In this document: positions 1 through 9,173 of the stretch, piece by piece
How positions within the stretch are numbered: the first letter of the stretch is position 1
Layout of the letters: each line of letters begins with the position of its first letter
NCBI GenBank assembly: GCA_963832165.1
Contig: CAWHTE010000011.1
Location: 352,001 to 416,000, forward strand
DNA length: 64,000 bases
Reading direction: 5' to 3'
From: an uncultured delta proteobacterium
Lineage (GTDB): Bacteria; Myxococcota_A; UBA9160; SMWR01
Made by a program: the position numbers and the translations under genes
The notes under the pieces: generated by a model
Databases searched by the model: none
What the model saw: only the letters and a program-made list of their open reading frames with translations
What the model was told of the DNA's origin: nothing

Positions 1-138
1 GGCCGAGACGCCGCGATCGGATATCTGAGCCACGACGAGAAACAGGTCCGCCTCTATCTCGAGGAGAGCTTCAGCGCCGAGCTGACCGGTCCCGAAGCGG
101 CGGTGCCGCTGCTCTCCGCGAAGAACGGCGACGAATAA
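1..138 (+). CDS. Family 1 encapsulin (Linocin M18-like) shell protein, 3' end only (truncated by the window edge)
   Basis: Not in the ORF track. Frame 1 reads GRDAAIGYLSHDEKQVRLYLEESFSAELTGPEAAVPLLSAKNGDE*, matching the encapsulin C-terminal pattern GxDxxIGYxxH..V.LYL.ES....PEAAV.L. Confidence 0.8.
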   Translation, partial: GRDAAIGYLSHDEKQVRLYLEESFSAELTGPEAAVPLLSAKNGDE

Positions 139-170
139 CTAGCGCTCGTCGAGAAGATGGGGAGAGCATC

Positions 171-899
171 ATGAAGTTCGAAATACCTCCGCTGCCGTAT
201 CCCAAGAACGCGCTGGCGCCGTTCATCGGCGCCGAGACCGTGGAGCTGCACTATGAGAAGCACCACAAGGGCTATCTCGAGAAGCTGAACAAGCTAGTGC
301 GCGGCGAGCCCGAAGCGGCGCAGAGCCTCGAGGAGCTGATTCAAACCGCGCGCGGCGACGTGTTCAACAACGCGGCGCAGTTGTGGAACCACAACTTCTA
401 TTGGCTGAGCCTCCAACCGGGCGGCGGAGGCGAGCCGGTCGCGGATCTCGCGAAGCAGGTCGACGAGTCGTTCGGATCCTATGCCGGCTTCCGCGCGCAG
501 TTCGCCGAGGCCGCGATTGGAGAATTCGGATCGGGGTGGACGTGGCTGGTAAAGGGCGTCGGCGGGCGGCTGCTCGTGTGCAACAGCAACGACGCCGAGA
601 ATCCGCTGCAGCGCGACCTCGTGCCGCTCGTGACGCTCGACGTCTGGGAGCACGCCTACTACCTGGACTACCGAAACGAACGCAAGCGCTACGTCGAAAA
701 ATTCCTCGATAACCTGCTCAGTTGGGACTTCGTCGCGACCAATCTGACGCTGGCGCCTCCGGCCGATGAGGGCCTGGACATCCAGGGCGAGGGCAACCCG
801 GAAGCGGATGCGCGCTATCGCGCGGGAGCGACGGCATTCGCGAAATCGAGTCGCATGAAGCCGGCGGCCAAGCGGGCCGCGCGCTCGCTGCGCAGTTGA
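171..899 (+). CDS. sodB: Fe/Mn superoxide dismutase (Fe-type signature) with ~45-aa C-terminal extension
   Basis: Motifs LHYEKHH, NNAAQLWNH, FGSGWTWL and DVWEHAYY; extra tail after WDFVATNL. Confidence 0.92.
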   Translation: MKFEIPPLPYPKNALAPFIGAETVELHYEKHHKGYLEKLNKLVRGEPEAAQSLEELIQTARGDVFNNAAQLWNHNFYWLSLQPGGGGEPVADLAKQVDESFGSYAGFRAQFAEAAIGEFGSGWTWLVKGVGGRLLVCNSNDAENPLQRDLVPLVTLDVWEHAYYLDYRNERKRYVEKFLDNLLSWDFVATNLTLAPPADEGLDIQGEGNPEADARYRAGATAFAKSSRMKPAAKRAARSLRS

Positions 900-905
900 C
901 GATCG

Positions 906-980
906 GTCAATTACAAGGACTGGATCGCGAGAATGGATTTCTTCGTCGTGCCGAACGTCCGCTTCCAGATCCTCCATCTC
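906..980 (+). pseudogene. Possible fragment of an rve-type integrase/transposase
   Basis: Reads VNYKDWIARMDFFVVPNVRFQILHL, resembling the 'MDFFVVPTxxFxxLY' segment of integrase-core transposases. No start codon or remaining gene. Confidence 0.35.
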
Positions 981-1049
981 GGGGAGGATGGGGATCGGTA
1001 AATAGCCTTACGCCAACTAACCCTGTAGGGGGTCGAAGGCCAGCAAGCG

Positions 1050-1130
1050 CTAGCGGCGGAAGCGAGAATATCCCCATCCGCCACCACCGAGCAAGAACAC
1101 CACCAGAAGAACGATCAGTAGAGTTTCCAT
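1050..1130 (-). CDS. 26-aa membrane microprotein (DUF3309-like)
   Basis: METLLIVLLVVFLLGGGGWGYSRFRR*, with RBS GAGGTG upstream and an operator box at 1199-1218. Below the ORF-track cutoff. Confidence 0.75.
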   Translation of the reverse strand: METLLIVLLVVFLLGGGGWGYSRFRR

Positions 1131-1198
1131 GAATCACCTCGCTCACGAGCAGCAGCTCGTCGTCGCTGGTGATTCTCCTGAAACAGCGACGCCGCTGG

Positions 1199-1218
1199 AA
1201 TCCCCAGGTCCATGGATA
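1199..1218 (-). promoter_or_regulatory. 20-bp palindromic operator, copy 1
   Basis: AATCCCCAGGTCCATGGATA; GAGAAT (minus strand, 1172-1177) lies 21 bp downstream. Confidence 0.6.
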
Positions 1219-1518
1219 TCTCATGCAGGAAGCCTGGATTCGAGGCCTCGCTCCGCCGTCCGTGGTTGGTAGGGGCCACATCGAACCAGCGCAGCAGCCT
1301 GGGAAGACTCCCGATCGCTTAGTGCGGGCATTGGTGATCCACGATCTGGGCGCGCTTCAGCTTGAAGACTCTCACCCATTCATTGACCGTCGCGGGCGGA
1401 GCATCCGGGTTGTGCTTGGGTCGGCCGACCGCCGTGTCACGCGCGCCACCTCGAAGAGATCGCGCAACTGAGCGTCGGTCAGCTGGAACTGGCGGGGAGA
1501 ACGCAGGAGTCGCCACAC

Positions 1519-2427
1519 TCAGGGCCACTTGTAGAGCGTGATCATCGCCGGCAGTTGTTCAGTCTCGTCACTCACGATGAGAATGCTGTCCTTCGTGATC
1601 GCGACACCTTCAGGGTGGTGGTGCAGCGCGGGGAGCGGATGCGCGAACACCACCGCTCCTGCCGGCGTGATCGCGATCAGCGCTTTCTCCTCCGACGCAA
1701 TGAGCACATAGTTGCCTGTCAGCGGGTCGATGCTGATGTCAGAGGGATGCAGGGTCTTCCACCCGTTCGTTCCAATGATGGTGGCGAGGGGAACCGTGAG
1801 CTTCGACAGGCGCGCGCCGCTATCACTCTTCAGGCTCCAGCGGTAGATGACGAGCGCGTCGCGGAGGTCTTCGTTGCTTACCTGCTTGCACGCCAGCAGC
1901 AGCGAGTTGATGCTGGGATCGAATGCGACGCCCTCGAATTCGCATTCCTTTTGCAGCCCGGTATCGAGCACCTTGTAATCGACATGGGCGCCGTTCGCGC
2001 CTTCGGGGAACTCATAGAGCTTGCCGTTGCTGGCAAGCAGGAAGATCACGTCGTTTGCGATCGTAATCCCCTCGAAATCGCCCTTCACCACCCCTTTGCC
2101 GAGGGAAAACCGCTTCACCAGGATCCCGCGACGGTAGTCGACCTCCCAGACCTGACCCTGCTCATCGTTGTGCACCAGCAGCCGGCCGTCGCTCGTCAGC
2201 GCAAGTCCCGAGATCTCCTGGAGCGCGTGCGGGAGCAACCATTCTGCGAGCGGGGCTGCGCGCCCGATACTGGCGTTGTCGTCAGCAAGCGCCTTTTCCA
2301 AACGCGTCTCGCGGGCCACCGCCGTCGGACTGGCGATGACTGCCGACAGATCATCCTGGGCGGCCTCACACGCCGCTCCTGCGAGCAGGCAAATAGCCAA
2401 CGACGCTGGGCGTCGAGCACTGCTCAT
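1519..2427 (-). CDS. SdiA-regulated/YjiK-like beta-propeller lipoprotein
   Basis: Motifs LQEISGLA, HNDE, GDFEGI, EFEGV and PEGVAIT; lipobox-like LAGAAC. Confidence 0.7.
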   Translation of the reverse strand: MSSARRPASLAICLLAGAACEAAQDDLSAVIASPTAVARETRLEKALADDNASIGRAAPLAEWLLPHALQEISGLALTSDGRLLVHNDEQGQVWEVDYRRGILVKRFSLGKGVVKGDFEGITIANDVIFLLASNGKLYEFPEGANGAHVDYKVLDTGLQKECEFEGVAFDPSINSLLLACKQVSNEDLRDALVIYRWSLKSDSGARLSKLTVPLATIIGTNGWKTLHPSDISIDPLTGNYVLIASEEKALIAITPAGAVVFAHPLPALHHHPEGVAITKDSILIVSDETEQLPAMITLYKWP

Positions 2428-3545
2428 TTCTGCTGCTCCTGCTCCTTGCGCTCGTGACGGACCTCGCCTGCCTCTTTGGCGATCGCGTCACCGATTTCGA
2501 CTTGCGCTTCAGTAATGACACCACCCGCCTTCGCGCGAATCGCCGTCAACAGCGCATCGCGGCTCACCGACTTTCGGGTGCGGACCAGGTAATAGAGTTC
2601 CGACGGCTTGCCCGTGTTGGTGACCACTTCGTCGAGTTTCCACCGCTTGGTGACCTGGTCCAGCGCGGCCTCGACGTGTTCTTGCGCCTCGGTGAGCATC
2701 GTCGTGGTGATCGTGAGGATCGCGTCGAACTTGGCCTTCTTGGGGTTCGCTCCGAGAATAACGCGAACGCGCCCGAACCGATCGACTAGTTCCTTCACCT
2801 TCGTCGGCGTGAGCGCGAGCACGAGGTCGCGATCGGGGACGGTGTTGCCGCCCTGGTCTTTGCCCGCGAGATCGCGGAGTGGTTCAGCCCATTGCGCGGC
2901 GGCGGTTGGCTCGAGTACCGGGCGACCGAAGTCATACCGCCAGATCAGAACCAGGACGAAGTTGAAAATGATCGAGAGCAGCAGCGCCACCATGATCACC
3001 TGAACACCAGCCGCGAACCCGACCGCGATTGCCAGAAAGATGAACACGACATCGCGTGCGTCGCTCAGGTTCGTGCGGAATCGTACCGCTGCGACGACCC
3101 CGGCAAGGCTGAATGCCAGCGCGAGGCTGTTGCTTACGATCAGCACGATGCCGGCGACGATCATCGGCAACACAAGCAGGGCCTGCACGACGGACTGGTT
3201 GTGGCCCTCGCCTTGCCGTGCCGACATGTACACCCACGTCACCGGCAGCATCAACGCGAGCGTGCTGAGAAAAACGAATGCGGTGCTCAGGCCGAACTCG
3301 AGGTGCGACGTGAGGCCGGCGGTCGGCGCCTGCACCTGGCCGACCTGAAGCCCGTCCTGCAGCAACACTGGCATCTTGGCGAGCTGATCGAGCCGGTCGC
3401 CCGACAATAGGCCATCGAGTACCGGGAAGAAGTGAAAGAGGACGAGGCTGACGAGGAGGAGCAGGGCGTAGTACGCGGCGAGGCGCCGCACCGGCCGCGG
3501 GGAGCCCAGTGTGATGACGCTGATCAGCCGGGTGAAGAAATCCAT
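2424..3545 (-). CDS. DUF4956 family membrane protein
   Basis: NSLALAFSLAGVVAAVRFRT..D.RD..FIF motif. Alternative start at 3554. Confidence 0.75.
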   Translation of the reverse strand: MDFFTRLISVITLGSPRPVRRLAAYYALLLLVSLVLFHFFPVLDGLLSGDRLDQLAKMPVLLQDGLQVGQVQAPTAGLTSHLEFGLSTAFVFLSTLALMLPVTWVYMSARQGEGHNQSVVQALLVLPMIVAGIVLIVSNSLALAFSLAGVVAAVRFRTNLSDARDVVFIFLAIAVGFAAGVQVIMVALLLSIIFNFVLVLIWRYDFGRPVLEPTAAAQWAEPLRDLAGKDQGGNTVPDRDLVLALTPTKVKELVDRFGRVRVILGANPKKAKFDAILTITTTMLTEAQEHVEAALDQVTKRWKLDEVVTNTGKPSELYYLVRTRKSVSRDALLTAIRAKAGGVITEAQVEIGDAIAKEAGEVRHERKEQEQQK

Positions 3546-3731
3546 AGAGGGCACCCGCGATTGTGGGGCCGAGCCGCTTCGAGAGGTCCCCGGCGAAGTG
3601 GGATTGGCTCAGTAGCCGCCGGATTGTTTTAGCGCCTGCAGTCGCGAGATTATGCCATTTCGACCCGCCGGTGCGCCCGCCGGCCGGGGTATTGACCTAA
3701 CTAAGGCTGCTTCTCGGACCTCATCTACCGG

Positions 3732-4319
3732 TTAGTAAGCGTTATTCCGCTCGTCGTCGGGCTCAGTCGGCTCGACCAGGCGCTCGAACTCCGCCTGGGT
3801 CAACACACCCGTGCGACGCAGACGCTCCAGGCGCTCGCGGGTCGCGCGGTGCTCGTCCGGAGCGATCGCTTCGTCGCGCATCGAGCGGCGGAGCGCGCGG
3901 GCGACCTCTCGGCCGCGCTCGACCGCCTCGCGATAGCGCGCGCGCAGTGCATCGCCGTGGAGTGCGTCGAGCGTCCCGCTGCGCGCGAAGTGCTCGCGAT
4001 ACACCTCGCCGAGCGCATACGTTGAAGCCCCGGACAGCGCCGCCTGGGTGGCGCTGCCGAGCAGCCAACCCCCTCCCGGGAGCGACTTCACGGCGCTGGC
4101 TCCCACGCGTGCCAGCGAAGCCCCGGCCACCGCCAGCACCGCGGCACGGCCGCGCACGGCGTCGTATTCGACCCCGTAGCGGCGCGCCAGGCGCCGCACC
4201 AGCGCGACCTGGATCACGGCGACGGCGGCGATGTCGACTAGCGGAACCGGAGTGGCGGCCGCCGCCATCGCCGCGGCGACGTGCTTGAGGATCAGCTCGG
4301 TAGCATCGTTGATCGGCAT
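3732..4319 (-). CDS. DUF697/YcjF-like membrane protein with C-terminal SHOCT-like motif
   Basis: PVPLVDIAAV...LARRYG, STYALG, and C-terminal LERLRRTGVLTQAEFE. Confidence 0.7.
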   Translation of the reverse strand: MPINDATELILKHVAAAMAAAATPVPLVDIAAVAVIQVALVRRLARRYGVEYDAVRGRAAVLAVAGASLARVGASAVKSLPGGGWLLGSATQAALSGASTYALGEVYREHFARSGTLDALHGDALRARYREAVERGREVARALRRSMRDEAIAPDEHRATRERLERLRRTGVLTQAEFERLVEPTEPDDERNNAY

Positions 4320-4453
4320 GAGATCGCATGCGCCAAGTTATCGAAAGGACCAGCGCGCGGGGATCGCCAGATCGATGGAGATCGTGGCCAGAAGGTGTCG
4401 ATTCGAGGCGCGCGGCAAGTCATCGCCGCAGAATCAGTCCCTTCGGTGCGCAG

Positions 4454-4473
4454 TTCCCCCGGATCTCGGGATA
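4454..4473 (+). promoter_or_regulatory. 20-bp palindromic operator, copy 2
   Basis: TTCCCCCGGATCTCGGGATA; TAGGGT at 4495-4500 (21-bp spacer). Confidence 0.7.
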
Positions 4474-4535
4474 CCAACGGTCTCCCGCTCCGAGTAGGGT
4501 GCATCTGCCCCAGCGCAGTACCCGAGGGAAGAGCG

Positions 4536-4907
4536 ATGTCGAGTCTCCCGAGCTCTCACGTGCCCAACGGTGATTTCGTTGTGGACGGCGCGGATCCGAG
4601 CTTCGGAAACGCGCTCGAGCGGGTGTACGGTGCCGGGCAAGAGCTGATCGTCCGCCGCATCGACCTGCTCGTCGAGGAACTCGCCGCGCAGGGCCGAAGT
4701 CTCCTCGCCGATACTGGCGGCACGATCTTCGCTGCGATGGCAGCGCTGGTGGGCTGGTTCTTCGTCGTAGCGGGCGTGGTCGACGCGATCGATGACTACG
4801 TTCCGCGTTTCGCGGTCGAGATCGTCGTCGGCATCCTCCATGTCGGAGTCGGCGCCGCGATCACCATTGCGCGGCGGCAGCGGGCCGCAGAGAAGGCCTC
4901 TACGTGA
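4536..4907 (+). CDS. Two-TM membrane protein (YqjE / phage-holin-family-like)
   Basis: ATG at 4536 after GAGGGAAG; amphipathic helix then two hydrophobic segments; first gene of an overlapping operon. Confidence 0.6.
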   Translation: MSSLPSSHVPNGDFVVDGADPSFGNALERVYGAGQELIVRRIDLLVEELAAQGRSLLADTGGTIFAAMAALVGWFFVVAGVVDAIDDYVPRFAVEIVVGILHVGVGAAITIARRQRAAEKAST

Positions 4908-5107
4908 GTTCTTCCGCCGATCAGCGACTGGACGCCCTCCGTGAGCGCGTCGACGAGCAGGAGGTGGAGCTCCACGACGCAGTGCAGGAGTTCGAGGATG
5001 TGGCCCGCCGGGCGATCGATGCGCGGCAATGGATCCGGTCCAGGCCCTTCCTCTGGGCCGCCGGGGCATTCCTCGTGGGTGCGTGGCTGGGAGGACGAAA
5101 AGCATGA
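4904..5107 (+). CDS. Small coiled-coil tail-anchored protein (DUF883/YqjK-like)
   Basis: Ends RSRPFLWAAGAFLVGAWLGGRKA; 4-nt overlaps with both neighbours. Confidence 0.65.
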   Translation: MSSSADQRLDALRERVDEQEVELHDAVQEFEDVARRAIDARQWIRSRPFLWAAGAFLVGAWLGGRKA

Positions 5108-5325
5108 TCGACCCGCAGAGCAATGAAGTGACCCGAGGCAACGGAGCGCACGAGCTCCGCGCGGGCTCCGCTGCGGAACTCGAGGGCCTCTTGCCGCAGA
5201 GTGTGCACGCGCTGGTCGAGCGGGAGGCTCACGTGCGCGAGTTCATCCGATCGCATCCGCTGTCAGTCGTTCTCGGCGCCCTTGCGCTGGGTTTTGCAGT
5301 CGCGAGATGGATGCGGGAGGACTGA
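5104..5325 (+). CDS. ElaB/YqjD (DUF883)-like tail-anchored protein
   Basis: Ends VREFIRSHPLSVVLGALALGFAVARWMRED. Confidence 0.65.
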   Translation: MIDPQSNEVTRGNGAHELRAGSAAELEGLLPQSVHALVEREAHVREFIRSHPLSVVLGALALGFAVARWMRED

Positions 5326-5331
5326 GCGCGC

Positions 5332-5676
5332 ATGTCCGCGGCGACAGGGACTTGGGATGAGAACATCTCCCGCGAGCCTCAGGAAGAGAAAGCCGTGCCG
5401 AGAACGCTCCGCTCGGACCTCGACAGGCTCCGCTCGCGGGTCGCGTCGGCGAAGGATGGCGCGCTGCGTGTGCTGGAAGAAGCCGTCGCGGCGGAGCCTT
5501 TCGTCGCGACCGCTGCCGCGGTCGGACTCGGGCTCGTGTTGGGCGGAGGCTTGCCTCGCGGGACGATCGGGCTGCTGTTCGGGACCGGCATACGCGTCGC
5601 TGCGGCCTGGCTCGGCGAAGAGATCCGGCTGCGAGGTGCAGCAAACGATGACTCCGCAACGGAGGACGACCGATGA
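5332..5676 (+). CDS. DUF883-like membrane protein
   Basis: AEPFVATAAAVGLGLVLGGGLP segment; operon context. Confidence 0.55.
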   Translation: MSAATGTWDENISREPQEEKAVPRTLRSDLDRLRSRVASAKDGALRVLEEAVAAEPFVATAAAVGLGLVLGGGLPRGTIGLLFGTGIRVAAAWLGEEIRLRGAANDDSATEDDR

Positions 5677-6020
5677 ACGACGCGAACGAGAATACTCAAA
5701 TGAACAGGAGACACACGATGATGACCGTCGCCAACCTCGCCAACCTCGCCAATCTCGCGAGCCGCGCGCCGATAGCCTACGAGCTGCTACACCGCATCGG
5801 CCTCGAGCGCCGTCGATCGCGAGCGATTCGCGCCGCGTCGTGCGCGGGATGGATCGGAGTCGGTATGGCCGTAGGTAGCGGACTCACACTGCTCTTGACC
5901 CCTCGAACCGGTGCGGAGATACGCGGACATCTCGGCGAACGCGCCAAGCGCGCGCGCGACTACGTGGTGACCAACGGCATCGAGCCGGCCGGCCGAACGT
6001 CGGCCGCGCAAGCCTCTTAG
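5673..6020 (+). CDS. YtxH-like protein
   Basis: GMAVGSGLTLLLTPRTGAEIR matches the YtxH GxxxGxxxxLLxxPxxGxExR pattern. Confidence 0.7.
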   Translation: MNDANENTQMNRRHTMMTVANLANLANLASRAPIAYELLHRIGLERRRSRAIRAASCAGWIGVGMAVGSGLTLLLTPRTGAEIRGHLGERAKRARDYVVTNGIEPAGRTSAAQAS

Positions 6021-7786
6021 TCCGCTCCGCGCGGTGGCGTGCGAGCGGCGAGGCCGGCAACGGCGCGGCGGAGATCGGGATAAGTATCGTCGGCCCCCGC
6101 TTTGCCGAGCCGCTCCCGGCGCGCGCTGAATTCGGCGTCCTCCGGCTGCCACAACCCGACGAGGATTCGTGCCGAGGGCAACTGGGCGCGCAGCCGTTTG
6201 CAGAGCGCGCGGGCGGCGATCGTGGAGACCGGTGGCAGCGACGAGATGCAGACGATCGACGGCGCGAGGGCCGCGGCCTGAGCGACGGATTCGGCGATGA
6301 GCAGTTTCGATGAGAACACCGTGGCCGCGACGCCGGATTCCGCCAGCACTTGCGCGAGCATCAGCGCGGCGAGTTCATCGCCTTCGTGGCTGGCCGGGAT
6401 GCAGAGGATCGGCGCCGTCGTGCCGTCGGGTGCGACGCGCGGCTCGGCGAGGTCGTCGATGATCTGGCGCAGAATCTGGCAGGCATCTGTGCGGGCAACA
6501 TCCGACAGCACACCCGAGCGGAAATCGGCCTCGATGCTGCGCAATGCCGGAAGCACGGCCTCGTCGAAGGCGACGAGCGTTGTCTGCTCGCGCGCGTGCT
6601 GCTCGACGAACTCGCACGCCTCTTCCTCATTGAGCGCGAGCAGCCGTTGGTAGAGTCGGTCGCCCGGATCGATCGATGGTTTATCGCCCATCAGCAGGTT
6701 GAGGAAGGAAAGGTCGGGCAGATACTTTCCGGCCACCGCGAGACAGACGGTCAGCGGCGTCGCCAGCACCAGCCCGACGCCTCCCCATAGCCACGTCCAG
6801 AAGAGCGCCGAGACGATGACGGCCAGCGGGGAGATTTCCGTGGTCGCGCCGTAGAGCCAGGCCTCGACGCCGTTGGTGACCAGCTCGATGGCGACGAAGA
6901 GACCGACGGTGAGAATCGGCTCCGTCCACGATTCGAAAATGGCAATCGAAAGCGCGACCGGAAACACCGCGGCGAGCCACGGACCGATGTACGGCAGGAA
7001 CCGCAGCCCCATTCCCAGCAGTCCCCAGAACACCGCGTTCGGAATTCCGATGAAATACAACCCGACGGCGATCGCGATGCCGAAACTGGCATTGAGCAGC
7101 AACTGCGCGCGCAGATATCGGCTGATGCGTTGCGTGGCTTCATCGAGCGCCTGCGTCGTCACGCGCAGGCGGCCCCGGCCCACGAGATGGATCAGCCGGT
7201 CGCGCAGGTCTGCGCCGGCGATGAGCATGAAGGTCGCGATCACGATGACGACCAGCGCGCTGGCGAGTGGCCCGACGACCGGCGACAGCACACCCATGAG
7301 CAGTTGAATCGAGCCGTCTGCCGTCCCGACCACCTCGACCTGCACGGGCCGTGTCTCGTCCGCCGATGCGGGTGTCGAGACCACGTCCTGCGGCTTATTC
7401 AGCGCGGCAGTCACTTCGCTGATGGTCTGCACCGCGCGGCGCAGCGGGTTGTTTTCGTTCGTCTTCAGCGCTGCCACCCGCGCGATGAGGTTGCTCCGGT
7501 ATTTCGGCAGCGACTCCGCGAGATCGAGGAACTGACCTGTGACGACGTAAGCCAGCCCGCCGATCAGCACGAAGGCCAGCGTCGCCGTGGCGAACACCGC
7601 GCCCACGCGCCCGAGCCGCCAGCGTTCCAAGCGCCGGACGAGCGGCGACAGCAGAAAGCTCAGCAGCGCAGCGAGCACCAGCGGAAGAAAGAAATCCCGT
7701 GCAAAGCGCAGTGTCGCCGCCGCGGAAATGAACAACGCCAAGATCAACAGCGGCCCAGTCAAACTCCTGCGGTCGATGAGGTTCAT
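6017..7786 (-). CDS. AI-2E family transporter with C-terminal B12-binding-like domain
   Basis: LRDRLIHL, ISRYLRAQ, RFLPYIGP, FWTWLWGGVGLVLATPLTVC; C-terminal DELAALML...VCISSLPP. Alternative TTG start at 7804. Confidence 0.85.
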   Translation of the reverse strand: MNLIDRRSLTGPLLILALFISAAATLRFARDFFLPLVLAALLSFLLSPLVRRLERWRLGRVGAVFATATLAFVLIGGLAYVVTGQFLDLAESLPKYRSNLIARVAALKTNENNPLRRAVQTISEVTAALNKPQDVVSTPASADETRPVQVEVVGTADGSIQLLMGVLSPVVGPLASALVVIVIATFMLIAGADLRDRLIHLVGRGRLRVTTQALDEATQRISRYLRAQLLLNASFGIAIAVGLYFIGIPNAVFWGLLGMGLRFLPYIGPWLAAVFPVALSIAIFESWTEPILTVGLFVAIELVTNGVEAWLYGATTEISPLAVIVSALFWTWLWGGVGLVLATPLTVCLAVAGKYLPDLSFLNLLMGDKPSIDPGDRLYQRLLALNEEEACEFVEQHAREQTTLVAFDEAVLPALRSIEADFRSGVLSDVARTDACQILRQIIDDLAEPRVAPDGTTAPILCIPASHEGDELAALMLAQVLAESGVAATVFSSKLLIAESVAQAAALAPSIVCISSLPPVSTIAARALCKRLRAQLPSARILVGLWQPEDAEFSARRERLGKAGADDTYPDLRRAVAGLAARTPPRGAD

Positions 7787-7809
7787 GGTCGGGTGAGTTT
7801 GCACCGCGC

Positions 7810-7831
7810 GAGCTGGATTTGAATCCAGTTC
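7810..7831. repeat. Solo copy of the HNH-associated palindrome
   Basis: GAGCTGGATTTGAATCCAGTTC; core CTGGATTTGAATCCAGTT is identical to the copies at 46368 and 47449. Confidence 0.8.
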
Positions 7832-7868
7832 GACGTGGTCCGATCGGCGCAGCGCCGTCGTTGGTCGA

Positions 7869-8969
7869 CTACTGGGCCTTCACCGTGAGATCGCCGACCA
7901 CCGAGCGCACGCCATCGGTGGTGCGAGCGACGGTGAGCGCTGTCAGCCGGTCGGGTTGACCGCGGACGGTCCCGGTCAGTCGCGCGACGCCGTCAGCCAC
8001 CTCTACGTCGATGTTCGCGTCGGAGAGCTCCCCGCGCGCTGAAAGGTGCTTCTCGATCGCGTCCTTCACCCGGTCGTCTTTGTGCTCGACCGCGGCGGCC
8101 GATACCTGCGGCACGACCTGGAGATCGTTCTCGACGCTCTTCACGGCGTCGACTTTCCTGACCTCGGTCTCGGCCGCGCGCCGCGCGGCCTCCGTGGGCA
8201 CGGTGCCGAACAGCGTCACGACGCCACCCAGCGTATCGACGTTGATGTCGCGCGCGGGGGTGTCGGAGCTCGCGATCAGCCGGACCTTCGCCGCCGTGGT
8301 GATCCACGCATCCTTCGCCGCCGACGCTGTGTCGGTCTTGGGATCGCTCTTCGCGTCGCGCCAGATCTCGTCGTCGGCCAACGTGTCCGGGCTCTCGATC
8401 TCGCTGGCAACGCGCTTCACGCCGGGGACCGCGCGCGCCACCTCGAGTGCGCGCAGGTGCGCGCTCAGCGTCCGCGCGTTTCCGTCCAGCAGCACGACGC
8501 CCCGGTTCGCCGACTTCACGGCGATCTTGCTGTCGCGCAGCGCGGGATCCGCGTCGAGTCGCTTCCCGACCTCCTTGGAAAGCGCCTCGTCGGCGACGGC
8601 CGCTGTTTCCTGGCGGGGCTTCTCGACGACCTGCAACAGACTTCGCAGCTCGTGCACACCCTTCACACCCCGGGCCGCGCGCTCGGCGCGAGCCTTCTCG
8701 TCGGCACTCGAGACGGTTCCGTGCAGCGTAACTTTGGCATCCGTCGTATCCACGCGGACGGCGGTCGCGCTCACGTCCTCCGCCACGAGGAGCGCCATCT
8801 TGACCTTGGTCGTGATCCAGGCGTCGGGCGCGTCCGCGGCGCTCGAGGGACCCGCCCAGGTCGCGCTGGCGATAAACAGCACAGCCGCGAGCGCGAGTGA
8901 GTGATTCACCATCGTGCGCCCGAGGATGCACGCGATCGAACCCAGCATGATCAAGACAATGACTGACAT
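7869..8969 (-). CDS. Exported protein with four BON domains (OsmY-like)
   Basis: Repeated DAWITxxxK...V.T..G.VTL.GTV...V.GV..V units; RBS GGAG before ATG 8969. Confidence 0.88.
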   Translation of the reverse strand: MSVIVLIMLGSIACILGRTMVNHSLALAAVLFIASATWAGPSSAADAPDAWITTKVKMALLVAEDVSATAVRVDTTDAKVTLHGTVSSADEKARAERAARGVKGVHELRSLLQVVEKPRQETAAVADEALSKEVGKRLDADPALRDSKIAVKSANRGVVLLDGNARTLSAHLRALEVARAVPGVKRVASEIESPDTLADDEIWRDAKSDPKTDTASAAKDAWITTAAKVRLIASSDTPARDINVDTLGGVVTLFGTVPTEAARRAAETEVRKVDAVKSVENDLQVVPQVSAAAVEHKDDRVKDAIEKHLSARGELSDANIDVEVADGVARLTGTVRGQPDRLTALTVARTTDGVRSVVGDLTVKAQ

Positions 8970-9057
8970 GAGTGTCTCCCTGATGCGTCGAGCGGGTACA
9001 GCACATGGGGCGTGCGCTCGATGCAGGGAAACGCTAGTCGGGCAGAAAGGGCGCGGA

Positions 9058-9077
9058 TATCCATGGATCCATGGGTA
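9058..9077 (-). promoter_or_regulatory. 20-bp palindromic operator, copy 3
   Basis: TATCCATGGATCCATGGGTA; TAGCGT (minus strand, 9031-9036), 21-bp spacer. Confidence 0.75.
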
Positions 9078-9173
9078 CCATGCGCCGAAAGCGCGGATTC
9101 GATCCACGCACTCGCGCCATGCGTGCCGGTGGCACCGAATTTGGTCGTTAGCAGCGCAAGGGCGCGCGTAGCA

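Noticed and set aside
3690..3740. CCTAAC...GTTAG pair as an integron attC site
   Set aside because: No convincing internal dyad, no cassette array and no integrase.
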